From contig DAIDIC010000143.1 in the NCBI GenBank assembly GCA_027459525.1, forward strand, positions 3,704 through 67,703: DNA of 64,000 nt, written 5' to 3'. The position numbers and the translations under genes were made by a program. The notes under the pieces are model-generated. The model did no database searches. It worked only from the letters and a program-made list of their open reading frames with translations, and was not told the DNA's origin. The stretch's first letter is position 1; every line of letters starts with the position of its first letter. This document shows, one piece after another, positions 63,947 through 64,000 of this stretch. Source of the DNA: Ktedonobacteria bacterium (GTDB lineage: Bacteria; Chloroflexota; Ktedonobacteria; Ktedonobacterales; JACDGC01).

Positions 63947-64000
63947 GTGTATGTTTGCTAGCCGATATATACAACCGAAAACATACTGGAGCTATCCAAA

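Noticed and set aside
1-64000. Visual scan for tRNA, rRNA, tmRNA, RNase P and SRP RNA signatures (T-loop GGTTCGAATCC-like strings, conserved rRNA blocks).
   Set aside because: None was seen. A tRNAscan/Infernal run is still needed to exclude small RNAs rigorously.

Overview
This is a 64-kb chromosomal segment from a free-living bacterium. The taxon cannot be fixed without a database search; the protein style gives only a weak impression of Chloroflexota. It carries about 55 protein genes on both strands, mostly housekeeping and signalling. They include folC, a CCA-adding enzyme, an M1 aminopeptidase, tyrA, aroA, tdh-kbl, hflX, an ArsM-type methyltransferase and proline dehydrogenase. Transport genes include an ABC-2 exporter and a dedicated ECF transporter with a fused double ATPase followed by a biotinyl-carrier-like protein. 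Regulatory genes include two sigma/anti-sigma pairs, a PP2C phosphatase, a double-FHA protein and GAF kinases. There are also two membrane-anchored Mrr-type nuclease paralogues and a two-gene phage remnant (terminase large subunit plus LysM hydrolase). I saw no rRNA, tRNA, CRISPR array or transposase. The most interesting signal is non-coding. A ~137-bp element (family A) has 12-nt terminal inverted repeats and two GC-rich internal hairpins. It occurs nine times (about one per 7 kb), always between genes and in both orientations. Most copies are flanked by 5-6-bp direct duplications, and the stems show compensatory substitutions. Three copies end 18-29 nt upstream of a start codon in the orientation of that gene. 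A shorter related element (family B) occurs at least twice. Secondary observations include three well-formed small-ORF cassettes absent from the ORF track (25, 34 and 38 codons) and perfect palindromes upstream of arsM and of the ECF operon. There are also degenerate signalling domains (a receiver without the acceptor Asp, a kinase without an obvious H-box His) and a DUF4031/YjeF_N-like fusion. All functional calls rest on motif recognition by eye in the supplied translations. No similarity search, HMM search or RNA folding was run.
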